DNA of 64,000 nucleotides. Origin: Patescibacteria group bacterium (lineage in GTDB: Bacteria; Patescibacteriota; Patescibacteriia; Patescibacteriales; UBA12465). A program made the position numbers and the translations under genes. The notes beneath the pieces were generated by a model. It did no database searches and had not been told where the DNA came from. It saw only the letters and a program-made list of their open reading frames with translations. The stretch spans positions 529-64,528 of the forward strand of contig JBMNFW010000001.1 of NCBI GenBank assembly GCA_050949525.1. The letters are read 5' to 3'. Below, piece by piece: positions 36,058-44,175 of this stretch (position 1 is the stretch's first letter; each line of letters begins with the position of its first letter).

Positions 36058-38121
36058 ATGTATTTAAACACTATAAAAATAAGAGAATATTTAGACCAAA
36101 AAGGGATTAAATATTCAGAAGCAAATGGAGAGCTAATTACTGACTGTGTATTCTGCGGAAAAGCAAGGCATTTATACTTTAGCTCTGAGACTAGTCAATA
36201 CGATTGCAAGGTTTGCGGAGAGCAAGGAAATATCTATACCCTTGCCAAACACTTAGGAGATAAAAATAGCGATGTTGTTATCTCTAAAAGAAATAACTAC
36301 AAACAAGAGGTTAACTTTAGCCTCTCTTTAGTTGAAAAATGCCATAAAGCACTCCCCGATAATATTAGAGACTATCTTAATAAAAGAGGGGTTAATGATG
36401 AAATTATAAATACCTATAAACTAGGCTTTGGCACTTTTTATAGAAAGAAATGGATTACTATCCCCATCAAAAACAAAGATGGGGAGTATATCTTCTTCAA
36501 ACTTCGCCAATCTCCTGAAGAGGGAAATGATAAAATAACTTATCCTAAAGGAATTGAAGCTCAAATCTATGACTGGGAGGAAGCTAAACAAACAGAAGAA
36601 AAAATAATGATTTGTGAGGGAGAGCTTGATAGCTTACTCTTGTTATCAAAAGGAGTAAAAGCTATAACTTCTACTCACGGAGCAATGACCTTTAAGAGAG
36701 AGTGGATTGAAGAGATAAGTAAAAACTTTAAAGATATTTATATCTGCTTTGATAACGATGAAGCTGGAAAAAAAGGAGCTAAGAGAATAGCTAAAATCTT
36801 AGAGGATTATGATAATAATATTTTTATCACTTCTCTACCCGAAGAAGTTGGAGTTGGTGGCGATATTACTGATTATTTTATTAAGCTTAATGGAGGTGTA
36901 GATGACTTATTTTCAAAACACTCCAAAGAATATCCTAAAAAAATTGATAGCTCAAACTTTAAAGAGATAGGCTCTGAAGATTTAATCAAAACTCTTGATT
37001 TAACTATTAAAAGAGATAATGAAAACAAATTAATAACATTTCTCTGTCAGTTATCTGCCTATACTGAGAGCTCTCAATTAAATGTAAGTTTTAATGCTCC
37101 CTCTTCTACTGGCAAATCTTATATCCCGATGGAGATAGCTAAGCTTTTCCCAAAAGAAGATATTGTTGAGATAGGTTATTGTAGCCCGACTGCCTTCTTC
37201 CACGATTCAGGGGAGATAGATAAAAACAAGGGAGAATTACTAGTTGATTTATCTAGAAAGATTATTATATTCCTTGACCAGCCTCACACCTTATTACTTC
37301 AACATCTTAGACCACTTTTATCTCACGACAAAAAGGAGATAAATATTAAGATAACTGATAAATCTCAGAAGTCTGGTCTTAGAACTAAGAATGTTATTCT
37401 ACGAGGCTTCCCTGCTGTTATCTTTTGCACTGCTGGATTAAAAATTGATGAGCAAGAATCAACTAGATTTATATTGCTCAGCCCAGAGGCTAATCAAGAT
37501 AAGATAAGAGAAGCTATCTTGCAAAAGATTAATAAAGAGTCTGACGATAACAATTATAATAACTTCTTAGATAACAATGAGGAAAGAGCTTCCTTGAAAA
37601 AAAGAATTATAGCTATTAAGGGAGAAAGAATAAGGGATATAAAAATAGCCTCTCCTGAAAAAATAAAAGATTTGTTTATTAGTAAAAATAAAATCCTAAA
37701 ACCTAGGCATCAAAGAGATATAGGAAAAATAATATCTCTCACTAAAGCCTTCGCTCTTTTAAATTTATGGTTTAGAGACAGAAATGGCTCTACTATACTA
37801 GCCAACGATAATGATATTGAAGAAGCCTTTAATGTTTGGGATAAAATTTCAAAGAGCCAAGAGCTCAATCTCCCCCCATTCATCTTTAACATCTACAAGG
37901 AGATAATTATCCCATCTTGGAAGGATAATAAGAAAAAAGGTATAAGCCGACAAGATATCTTTAAAAAATATTCAGAAATTAATGGGAGAGGTATAGCCGA
38001 TTGGATTTTAAGACAGCAAGTTATTCCCTCTCTTGAAGATTCTGGATTAATAATACAAGAAAAAGACAAAGATGATAAAAGAAAAATACTAATCTACCCG
38101 ACAAATAATATAGTGAGTTAA
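36058..38121 (+). CDS. Primase-helicase-type replication protein (Zn finger + TOPRIM + P-loop domain)
   Basis: CVFCGK..(18)..CKVCGEQG zinc finger; TOPRIM ICEGELDSLLL / CFDNDEAGKKGAKR; Walker-A-like NAPSSTGKSY in C-terminal half. Confidence 0.75.
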   Translation: MYLNTIKIREYLDQKGIKYSEANGELITDCVFCGKARHLYFSSETSQYDCKVCGEQGNIYTLAKHLGDKNSDVVISKRNNYKQEVNFSLSLVEKCHKALPDNIRDYLNKRGVNDEIINTYKLGFGTFYRKKWITIPIKNKDGEYIFFKLRQSPEEGNDKITYPKGIEAQIYDWEEAKQTEEKIMICEGELDSLLLLSKGVKAITSTHGAMTFKREWIEEISKNFKDIYICFDNDEAGKKGAKRIAKILEDYDNNIFITSLPEEVGVGGDITDYFIKLNGGVDDLFSKHSKEYPKKIDSSNFKEIGSEDLIKTLDLTIKRDNENKLITFLCQLSAYTESSQLNVSFNAPSSTGKSYIPMEIAKLFPKEDIVEIGYCSPTAFFHDSGEIDKNKGELLVDLSRKIIIFLDQPHTLLLQHLRPLLSHDKKEINIKITDKSQKSGLRTKNVILRGFPAVIFCTAGLKIDEQESTRFILLSPEANQDKIREAILQKINKESDDNNYNNFLDNNEERASLKKRIIAIKGERIRDIKIASPEKIKDLFISKNKILKPRHQRDIGKIISLTKAFALLNLWFRDRNGSTILANDNDIEEAFNVWDKISKSQELNLPPFIFNIYKEIIIPSWKDNKKKGISRQDIFKKYSEINGRGIADWILRQQVIPSLEDSGLIIQEKDKDDKRKILIYPTNNIVS

Positions 38122-38139
38122 GGGGTGGGTAAAATTACA
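38110..38139 (+). repeat. 30-bp repeat, copy B, overlapping the primase stop codon
   Basis: ATAGTGAGTTAAGGGGTGGGTAAAATTACA; 27/30 identical to reverse complement of 31689-31718. Confidence 0.7.
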
Positions 38140-38155
38140 ATTAATTTATATTTAT

Positions 38156-38788
38156 ATGAATAAAGAAAATAATAAGCTAATAAAAAGCAAAGAACAAAAG
38201 CTAGAAGAGTGGAAAAAAAAGATGGAAAATGATAGCACGGCTATTAATGAAGGCAAGGATTTTTTAATGTCCTGCTGTAAAACACAATACGATATTGATG
38301 AAAGGCTTAAGAAAGTTTCCAGAGATATCCAATCAAAAATACAAATAAAAAAAGAGGATTTAAACGAAGATGAAATAAATATTTTAAAAGACTCTCTTTA
38401 TGGCATTGGAATAGATAGCGGATATCATTTAATAGAAATAACTCCCGACAATCTACAAATGTTAGTAAATAATCTAAGAAGTAGCTTAATAAAAGAATTT
38501 AATTGCACGACTTATACTGAAAAAATATTAATTGATACTATTATAAATTCTTATATTAGAAATCTTAATTACAGTAAAAAACTATTAAATACAACTGAAT
38601 TAGGGAAAACTAGCCCTGAAATAAATGGGTATATAAAAGAAATGAGCAAAGAAATAGACAGAGCTAATCGTCATTTCTTAAACTCTTTACAGACCTTAAA
38701 AGAACTTAAACAACCAGATTTAAAAGTTAATATTAAAGCAAACACCGCCTTCTTTGGAGAGAAACAAGAGTTTAATAATAAGAAATAA
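38156..38788 (+). CDS. Hypothetical protein
   Basis: 210-aa ORF, coiled-coil-like N-terminus, no motif. Confidence 0.5.
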   Translation: MNKENNKLIKSKEQKLEEWKKKMENDSTAINEGKDFLMSCCKTQYDIDERLKKVSRDIQSKIQIKKEDLNEDEINILKDSLYGIGIDSGYHLIEITPDNLQMLVNNLRSSLIKEFNCTTYTEKILIDTIINSYIRNLNYSKKLLNTTELGKTSPEINGYIKEMSKEIDRANRHFLNSLQTLKELKQPDLKVNIKANTAFFGEKQEFNNKK

Positions 38789-38792
38789 TAAT

Positions 38793-39128
38793 ATGAAATC
38801 ATTAAGCCCTAATAATTTAGGAAAGAAATTAACCTCTTCCTGCAAACAGATAAATATATCTGATTACTTAAAATTAGCCAAGAATGAAATCAAAAAAGTT
38901 TTCTTGTATTCAAAGATGGAAATTGAAGGATATGGCGATGTTGAGCTGATAACAGCTAAAACTGGTATTTCTGGAAATAGATACTGGTTTAAATGCCCTA
39001 TTTGCAGTAAAAGAGCTGGCATTATCTATAAACATCCAGTAAATAACCTTATAGGTTGTCGTAAATGCTTAAACCTAGAATACAAAAGCAGAAGATTTAA
39101 AGGAATGCTTGAAAATTTGGAAAAATAG
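38793..39128 (+). CDS. Small zinc-ribbon protein
   Basis: Start at MKSLSPNN; CPICSKR..(22)..CRKC four-Cys ribbon. Confidence 0.5.
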   Translation: MKSLSPNNLGKKLTSSCKQINISDYLKLAKNEIKKVFLYSKMEIEGYGDVELITAKTGISGNRYWFKCPICSKRAGIIYKHPVNNLIGCRKCLNLEYKSRRFKGMLENLEK

Positions 39129-39145
39129 CATTTTTATGCTATAAT
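39117..39145 (+). promoter_or_regulatory. Extended -10 promoter of the recombinase leader
   Basis: TTGGAA (39117-39122), 17-nt spacer, TGCTATAAT (39137-39145); predicted TSS about 39152. Confidence 0.45.
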
Positions 39146-39151
39146 ATAAGT

Positions 39152-39273
39152 GCTTACTCAATACAAATTAATATGCAAGGGTTTTATATTTTTATCGCCT
39201 GAAAGGGGCGGTTCTGCCGATAAAACTCACCTTTGCGTAAGTTTGTATTGGGTAAGCCAGAACCGTCCCTTTT
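39152..39273 (+). promoter_or_regulatory. Structured pseudoknot-type 5' leader (RNA2) of the serine recombinase gene
   Basis: Helices A 39152-39167/39242-39257, D 39172-39181/39230-39239, C 39190-39197/39218-39225. Loop 39205-39216 pairs with 39258-39269, then UUUU. All G.U pairs are + strand specific. Confidence 0.5.
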
Positions 39274-39294
39274 AGTTAAATTAATATTAAAAAT

Positions 39295-40890
39295 ATGAAT
39301 CAAAATGAAAAAACAATTAAATATTTTCTCTATGCCAGAAAATCTTCTGAAAGTGAAGACAGGCAAACACAATCAATTGATGACCAAATTAATCATTTAA
39401 AAAGCTTAGCTATAGACTTAGGGCTGGATATAGTTAAAGTTTTTACTGAATCTAAATCAGCTAAACAACCAAACAATAGACCCGTCTTTGAAGAAATGAT
39501 AAATAAAATAGAAAAGGGGGAGGGAGACGGAATTCTTTGTTGGCAGATTAATCGCTTATCAAGAAATCCTGTAGACTCTGGGAGGATAAACTGGCTACTA
39601 CAACAAGGGATAATAAAGTCTATCCAGACTATTGATAAAAAATATTTACCAGAAGATAATGTTTTGATGTTTAATGTAGAAAGTGGGATGGCTAATCAAT
39701 TTATTTTGGAATTAAGAAAAAACACTAAAAGAGGTTTGTTGAGTAAGGCAGAAAAAGGATGGCTACCATCTAGAGCTCCCCAAGGGTATCTAAATGATGT
39801 TATTGAAAAAATAATTATTAAAGACCCAAAAAGATTTGATTTAGTTAGAAAGATGTGGGACTTAATGTTAACAGGAAATTATAGCCCTCCAGCTATATTA
39901 GATATAGCTAATAATGATTGGGGTTATTTAACAGAAATGAGAAAAAGAGACGGGGGGAGACCTCTTTCATTAAGTGAGCTTTATAGAATATTTAATAGCT
40001 CCTTTTATTATGGGTATTTTGATTATAAAGGAGTTTTATATGAAGGAAAACACGAAGCAATGATAACACTTGATGAATTTGAAAGAGTTCAGGAGTTATT
40101 AGGAAATAAAAGTAAGGCTAAAAAAAGAAAAAATGAATTTGCCTTTACTGGAATTATTAAATGTGCTTATTGCGGTTGCTCAATAACTGCTGATAAAAAA
40201 ACTAAGCTTATTAAATCTACAGGAGAAAGAAATAGCTACACCTATTATCGTTGCACCAGAAGAAAGAGAGATTTAAAGTGTAAAGAGCCAAGCATAACAT
40301 CAGGGGAAATTGAAAAACAGATAATTAAAGAAATAGAAAAATATACTATTTCAGAAAAATTTAAAGACTGGGCTTTAAGTGTTTTAAAAGAAAAAAGTGA
40401 AAAAGAAGCTGAGGTTAATAATCAATCTTATATCTTGCTAAATAATAAATATTTAGAGCTACAAAAACAATTAAATAATTTATTACAAATGAGACTAAGA
40501 GAATTAATCAGTGATGATGAATTTCTGAGAGAAAAAAGCAAACTACAAGAAGAAATAAACAAAACTAAGATAAAAATATCACAAAATCAAGACAAAAGCC
40601 AAAATTGGATAGAATTAGTTGAAAGAGCCTTCTGTTTTGCAACTTATGCCAGAGATAGCTTTATTAATGGAGATTTAAAGACAAAAAAAGAGATATTTTC
40701 AGCTTTAGGGCAATCATACACCTTAAAAGACGGCAAAATAGAGATAAAACCAGTTAATTGGATAATTCCTATTTCTAACCTAGAAAAAAATAGCAAAATT
40801 GAAAACAAACGGTTAGAACCAACGAAAATTGGCTTAAATAAAGCAAAAAACGAAGCTAATTGCCTCGTTTCTGCTCAATGGGGTGACTAG
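39295..40890 (+). CDS. Large serine recombinase (integrase type)
   Basis: Resolvase-type N-terminus YARKSSESEDRQTQSIDDQ...NRLSRN, recombinase domain, Zn ribbon CAYCGC...YYRCTRRKRDLKC, coiled-coil C-terminus. Last 12 nt overlap tRNA-His. Confidence 0.85.
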   Translation: MNQNEKTIKYFLYARKSSESEDRQTQSIDDQINHLKSLAIDLGLDIVKVFTESKSAKQPNNRPVFEEMINKIEKGEGDGILCWQINRLSRNPVDSGRINWLLQQGIIKSIQTIDKKYLPEDNVLMFNVESGMANQFILELRKNTKRGLLSKAEKGWLPSRAPQGYLNDVIEKIIIKDPKRFDLVRKMWDLMLTGNYSPPAILDIANNDWGYLTEMRKRDGGRPLSLSELYRIFNSSFYYGYFDYKGVLYEGKHEAMITLDEFERVQELLGNKSKAKKRKNEFAFTGIIKCAYCGCSITADKKTKLIKSTGERNSYTYYRCTRRKRDLKCKEPSITSGEIEKQIIKEIEKYTISEKFKDWALSVLKEKSEKEAEVNNQSYILLNNKYLELQKQLNNLLQMRLRELISDDEFLREKSKLQEEINKTKIKISQNQDKSQNWIELVERAFCFATYARDSFINGDLKTKKEIFSALGQSYTLKDGKIEIKPVNWIIPISNLEKNSKIENKRLEPTKIGLNKAKNEANCLVSAQWGD

Positions 40891-40954
40891 AGGGAATCGA
40901 ACCCTCCCCGCCGGGACCACAACCCGGAGTTCTAGCCGCTAAACTATAGTCACC
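40879..40954 (-). tRNA. tRNA-His (anticodon GTG) with G-1 and encoded CCA
   Basis: G-1 + GTGACTA/TAGTCAC acceptor, C73, anticodon arm CCGGG-TTGTGGT-CCCGG, T arm GAGGG-TTCGATT-CCCTC, 3' CCA encoded. Confidence 0.85.
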
Positions 40955-40965
40955 ATAAATCGAGC

Positions 40966-41496
40966 CTAAACTCGATAAAAATAAATATTATTATCTCCTT
41001 CTTTTATGGTTTTTTCTAACTCTAAATCTTTTACTTTAAAACAATAACTAATTAATAAAGTTCCTGGTCGACATTCTTTCTTTATTTTAGACCCTAACTT
41101 ATTCATTGTTTTAGGATTAAGAAAACAATAAATAATATCAGCTTCTCTAAGATTAATCTTAAAAAAATCTTTTCGAATTATTTTTATTCTACTATTACTA
41201 AGAGATAATTGAAGTCTAGCTAAAAAATAGGGCCACCAAGAATACTCAACTCCTACTAATTTATCATTTTTAAATTTCTCCTCAACAGCTCTTAAGAAAC
41301 CGGCTTGACCAGCACCCAATTCATAAACAACTTCATCACCAGTTAAATCTAACTCTTTTATAATAGTTAAAATAACTCTAAATTTAGTGGAAATAAAAGG
41401 AGCAAAACCTCTGAAAACAATATTAAAAAACTGAATAGATAGTAAAACAATAATAACCAACAAAAGAACAAAAATAAAGGTAAAAAAATAAATCAT
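40966..41496 (-). CDS. Class I SAM-dependent methyltransferase with N-terminal TM helix
   Basis: Motif I YELGAGQAGF; 176 aa. Confidence 0.6.
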   Translation of the reverse strand: MIYFFTFIFVLLLVIIVLLSIQFFNIVFRGFAPFISTKFRVILTIIKELDLTGDEVVYELGAGQAGFLRAVEEKFKNDKLVGVEYSWWPYFLARLQLSLSNSRIKIIRKDFFKINLREADIIYCFLNPKTMNKLGSKIKKECRPGTLLISYCFKVKDLELEKTIKEGDNNIYFYRV

Positions 41497-41513
41497 AAAA
41501 TATTTAATTAATG

Positions 41514-41585
41514 TATCCCCGCTAGGAATCGAACCTAGATATCCAGCTTAGAAGGCTGGTGTTCTATCCATTGAACTACAGGGAC
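41514..41585 (-). tRNA. tRNA-Arg (anticodon TCT)
   Basis: Acceptor GTCCCTG/CGGGGAT (with G.U pairs), anticodon arm CCAGC-CTTCTAA-GCTGG, T arm CTAGG-TTCGATT-CCTAG. Confidence 0.8.
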
Positions 41586-41620
41586 TCTCAAAAACAATTT
41601 AACAAACAAATAAGTAAAAG

Positions 41621-42094
41621 TCAATTTAATATTTTATTATCATCTTTTTTAAAAACACCCATAATAACTATAACAGAACCTAAAAATATCAAACAATCCG
41701 ATAAATTAAAAACCGTAAAAAATCTAAGATCTAAATAATCAATTACATATGAATAAGTAATTCGATCCCAAAGATTACTTACAGCTCCTAAAAAAATTGA
41801 CCACCAAGCTATAAAATTTATTTTTTCATTCTGTTTTATTGATAAAAAAATATTAAAAATAACTACAACTATCAGTAATGTTAAAATAATTTTTAAAAAA
41901 ACACTATTAATAGGAATAGAAAAAGATATATCTTTATTAGGAAGAAAAGTAAAAGATAAAAAATTTTTTATTAAAACAATATCCTCTTCTATTTTAATAG
42001 ATAAAGTTTTTAAAAACCGATCTAACAAAAAAAACATAGTTATTAAAAAAATAACTATGTTTAAATATTTTTTTTGTTTTAAAAATTTAATCAT
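41621..42094 (-). CDS. lspA: Lipoprotein signal peptidase II
   Basis: NLWDRITYSYVIDYLD and FNLSDCLIFLG motifs; start set at MIKFLKQKKY. Confidence 0.75.
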   Translation of the reverse strand: MIKFLKQKKYLNIVIFLITMFFLLDRFLKTLSIKIEEDIVLIKNFLSFTFLPNKDISFSIPINSVFLKIILTLLIVVVIFNIFLSIKQNEKINFIAWWSIFLGAVSNLWDRITYSYVIDYLDLRFFTVFNLSDCLIFLGSVIVIMGVFKKDDNKILN

Positions 42095-42467
42095 TTTCCT
42101 GAAGCTTAGTCTTGCAATCAATACAAGAACTAGCTGTCGGTCTAGCTTCTAACCTCTTATCACCTATTTCTCCGCCACAATATTTACAAATCCCATAAGT
42201 ATTATCTTCGATTCTTTTTAAAGCGCCATCAATTTCTTCAATAGACTTCTCTAAAACCTTTTGTGCTACCACCACCGTTGAGTACTCACTAATTTCTTGA
42301 GCATTCTCATCTGGCTTATCCCCATATTCAGGAAAATCAGCTGTTCGATTATCAATTTCACGAGAATCTCTTTTTGACAAGTCCTCTAAATCTTGAAGCA
42401 ATCTTTCTCTTCTTTGAATTAAACCTTCTTTAATTTTATCAATCTCTTTAATGTTCATATTTTTCAA
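42087..42467 (-). CDS. DksA/TraR-family C4 zinc-finger protein
   Basis: Coiled-coil N-terminus, CKYCGGEI...(13)...CIDCK. Confidence 0.75.
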   Translation of the reverse strand: MKNMNIKEIDKIKEGLIQRRERLLQDLEDLSKRDSREIDNRTADFPEYGDKPDENAQEISEYSTVVVAQKVLEKSIEEIDGALKRIEDNTYGICKYCGGEIGDKRLEARPTASSCIDCKTKLQEND

Positions 42468-42575
42468 AAATTAAAACATTGATTTTCTAAATCAATTTTA
42501 TTATACTATAATTATATATAATATATTTTCTTTTGACAAGTTAAAAAATATTTGTTATTATTTCCCTGTTTTAAT

Positions 42576-42650
42576 GGAGCGGTAGTTCAGTTGGTTTAGA
42601 ACGCCTGCCTGTCACGCAGGAGGTCGCGGGTTCGAGTCCCGTCCGTTCCG
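42576..42650 (+). tRNA. tRNA-Asp (anticodon GTC)
   Basis: Acceptor GGAGCGG/CCGTTCC, anticodon arm CCTGC-CTGTCAC-GCAGG. Confidence 0.85.
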
Positions 42651-42656
42651 CTCTTC

Positions 42657-42728
42657 GCGGGTATCGTATAATGGCTTTTATGTCAGCCTTCCAAGCTGAA
42701 GATGGGGGTTCGATTCCCCCTACCCGCT
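42657..42728 (+). tRNA. tRNA-Gly (anticodon TCC)
   Basis: Acceptor GCGGGTA/TACCCGC, anticodon arm TCAGC-CTTCCAA-GCTGA, T arm GGGGG-TTCGATT-CCCCC. Confidence 0.85.
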
Positions 42729-42734
42729 CATAAC

Positions 42735-42761
42735 AAAAAAGCAGATTTATTCTGCTTTTTT
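42735..42761. terminator. Bidirectional terminator after the tRNA pair
   Basis: A6-GCAGA-tttat-TCTGC-T6. Confidence 0.6.
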
Positions 42762-42776
42762 ATTTTTATGAAAATG

Positions 42777-44096
42777 CTACATAATTCTAACCTGACCTAT
42801 TTCTTCAACCTCTCCTTTTAATATTAAATTTCTGATATTATAAGTACCCATTTTTGGAGCTTTCAAAAATCCATTCATAGCAGCTTCCGCTAACCAAGAA
42901 GAATTTAAAAAATCAAACAACCATTCTTCAACATTTTCTGGATTTTTACTATCAACTCCCGATCCTATACCTAATAACCATCTTCTATTATAATCCTCTT
43001 GAGAACCAATAGGTTCAGCAATTATAATTGGAATACCTAAGCCACTATAAAAACTAAGTTCTGAGGGTTTAGTCCATAAAATATCAGTTTCACGTAAACT
43101 TAAATTAAACTCAGAAAAATATTTCATCTTATCAGGATTATAAATTATTTTAACCCCCTCATGCTCTGATAAAGAATTCTTTTTTAAAACATCCTGAAAA
43201 AAATTATAAACATCAAGTCGAGATCCAGCCACTAAAGTAAACTTTAAATCTCCGCTCTTTATTTTAGGAGCTAATCTTTCTAAAAGAATTTGACCCAGCT
43301 CTTTTTGAGCTCCAGCTCCTCCCACCGCAAAAGCTAAACTTAATGGACGACTAGCCTCTCCAATTTCCTCTTTAGGACAAAGATAAGACTCTAACAATTT
43401 TTCATATCTATTTCTATAAGCATGAGAAGGATCTAAAACAGCTAACCTTTTGATTAAATCCTGTTTTACAATTTCTTCATTCACTCCAATATTTTCCATT
43501 GGTAATGGAAAACCAGTAACATAAATATTTTCCTCTTTAACTCCATATAATAATAAACGATCTTTTACTCTTTGATTAGGAGCCAAATACTTTACTGAAC
43601 TTTCCTTTGGATTTAATGGAGCCCAAGCACGAGAAACATCAGCATCACAACAAACACAATAAACTGGCCCCTTATATTTATAATATTCGGCAAAATAAAC
43701 TGGTAGAAAAAAAGTAGTAAGTAATGGTAAGGGATTTTTATTTAATTCCTCAATCAAATTTCTACCTAAACCTCTTTTTACCTTTTTAAAAAAATGTTTT
43801 TGTTGAAAACTATTTTTTGATAAATCTCTTCGTGGATAAAATGGTTCTATTGTTTGAAAATGATCCATAATAGAAAAAACTGCTTGACCAAGAAGAGGAA
43901 CCTTTTTAAATCTAGATATTAATTCATAATTTTCTCGATCTCTTTTCCAAATTTTTTTCTCCCTGTCACTAGCACCCTCATAATCATTAGCGGTAATAAT
44001 TTTACCATCCACTAAATCTAAAAAGGAATAAGCGGCTCTTTGATGACCATATCCCATATCAACCGAAACTAAATATAACTCTTTATTATTATTCAT
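42777..44096 (-). CDS. Putative GT-B fold glycosyltransferase (MurG/MGDG-synthase-like)
   Basis: 439 aa; N-terminal VSVDMGYGHQRAAYS resembles the G.GH..aa motif of MGDG synthase-like enzymes; weak call. Confidence 0.4.
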   Translation of the reverse strand: MNNNKELYLVSVDMGYGHQRAAYSFLDLVDGKIITANDYEGASDREKKIWKRDRENYELISRFKKVPLLGQAVFSIMDHFQTIEPFYPRRDLSKNSFQQKHFFKKVKRGLGRNLIEELNKNPLPLLTTFFLPVYFAEYYKYKGPVYCVCCDADVSRAWAPLNPKESSVKYLAPNQRVKDRLLLYGVKEENIYVTGFPLPMENIGVNEEIVKQDLIKRLAVLDPSHAYRNRYEKLLESYLCPKEEIGEASRPLSLAFAVGGAGAQKELGQILLERLAPKIKSGDLKFTLVAGSRLDVYNFFQDVLKKNSLSEHEGVKIIYNPDKMKYFSEFNLSLRETDILWTKPSELSFYSGLGIPIIIAEPIGSQEDYNRRWLLGIGSGVDSKNPENVEEWLFDFLNSSWLAEAAMNGFLKAPKMGTYNIRNLILKGEVEEIGQVRIM

Positions 44097-44175
44097 AATT
44101 TTAATATTTATTAATAATTTAGCTAATTTTAGCTAAAAATAATAAAATATTTATAAATAAGATTTAAATTTATTG

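Larger units (their letters stand above)
33082..40954 (+). mobile_element. Putative integrative element (core 33.1-40.9 kb; may extend left to about 29.2 kb) abutting tRNA-His
   Basis: Large serine recombinase overlapping the tRNA-His 3' end, primase-helicase, sigma-r4-like protein, DUF5659-like and small Zn-ribbon ORFs. By eye AGA-dominated Arg codons versus frequent CGA/CGT in dnaA/truB. Confidence 0.5.

Noticed and set aside
38121-38155. AAGGGGTGGGT of repeat B as the Shine-Dalgarno for the 38156 gene
   Set aside because: It lies about 25 nt upstream of the ATG, too far for an SD. The same core occurs in copy A, about 190 nt upstream of the next downstream ATG (31513), also too far for an SD.
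39184-39372. 62-aa - strand ORF spanning the recombinase leader
   Set aside because: It covers the structured leader and the recombinase start on the opposite strand. It has no motif, and the strand-specific G.U pattern supports + strand RNA instead.
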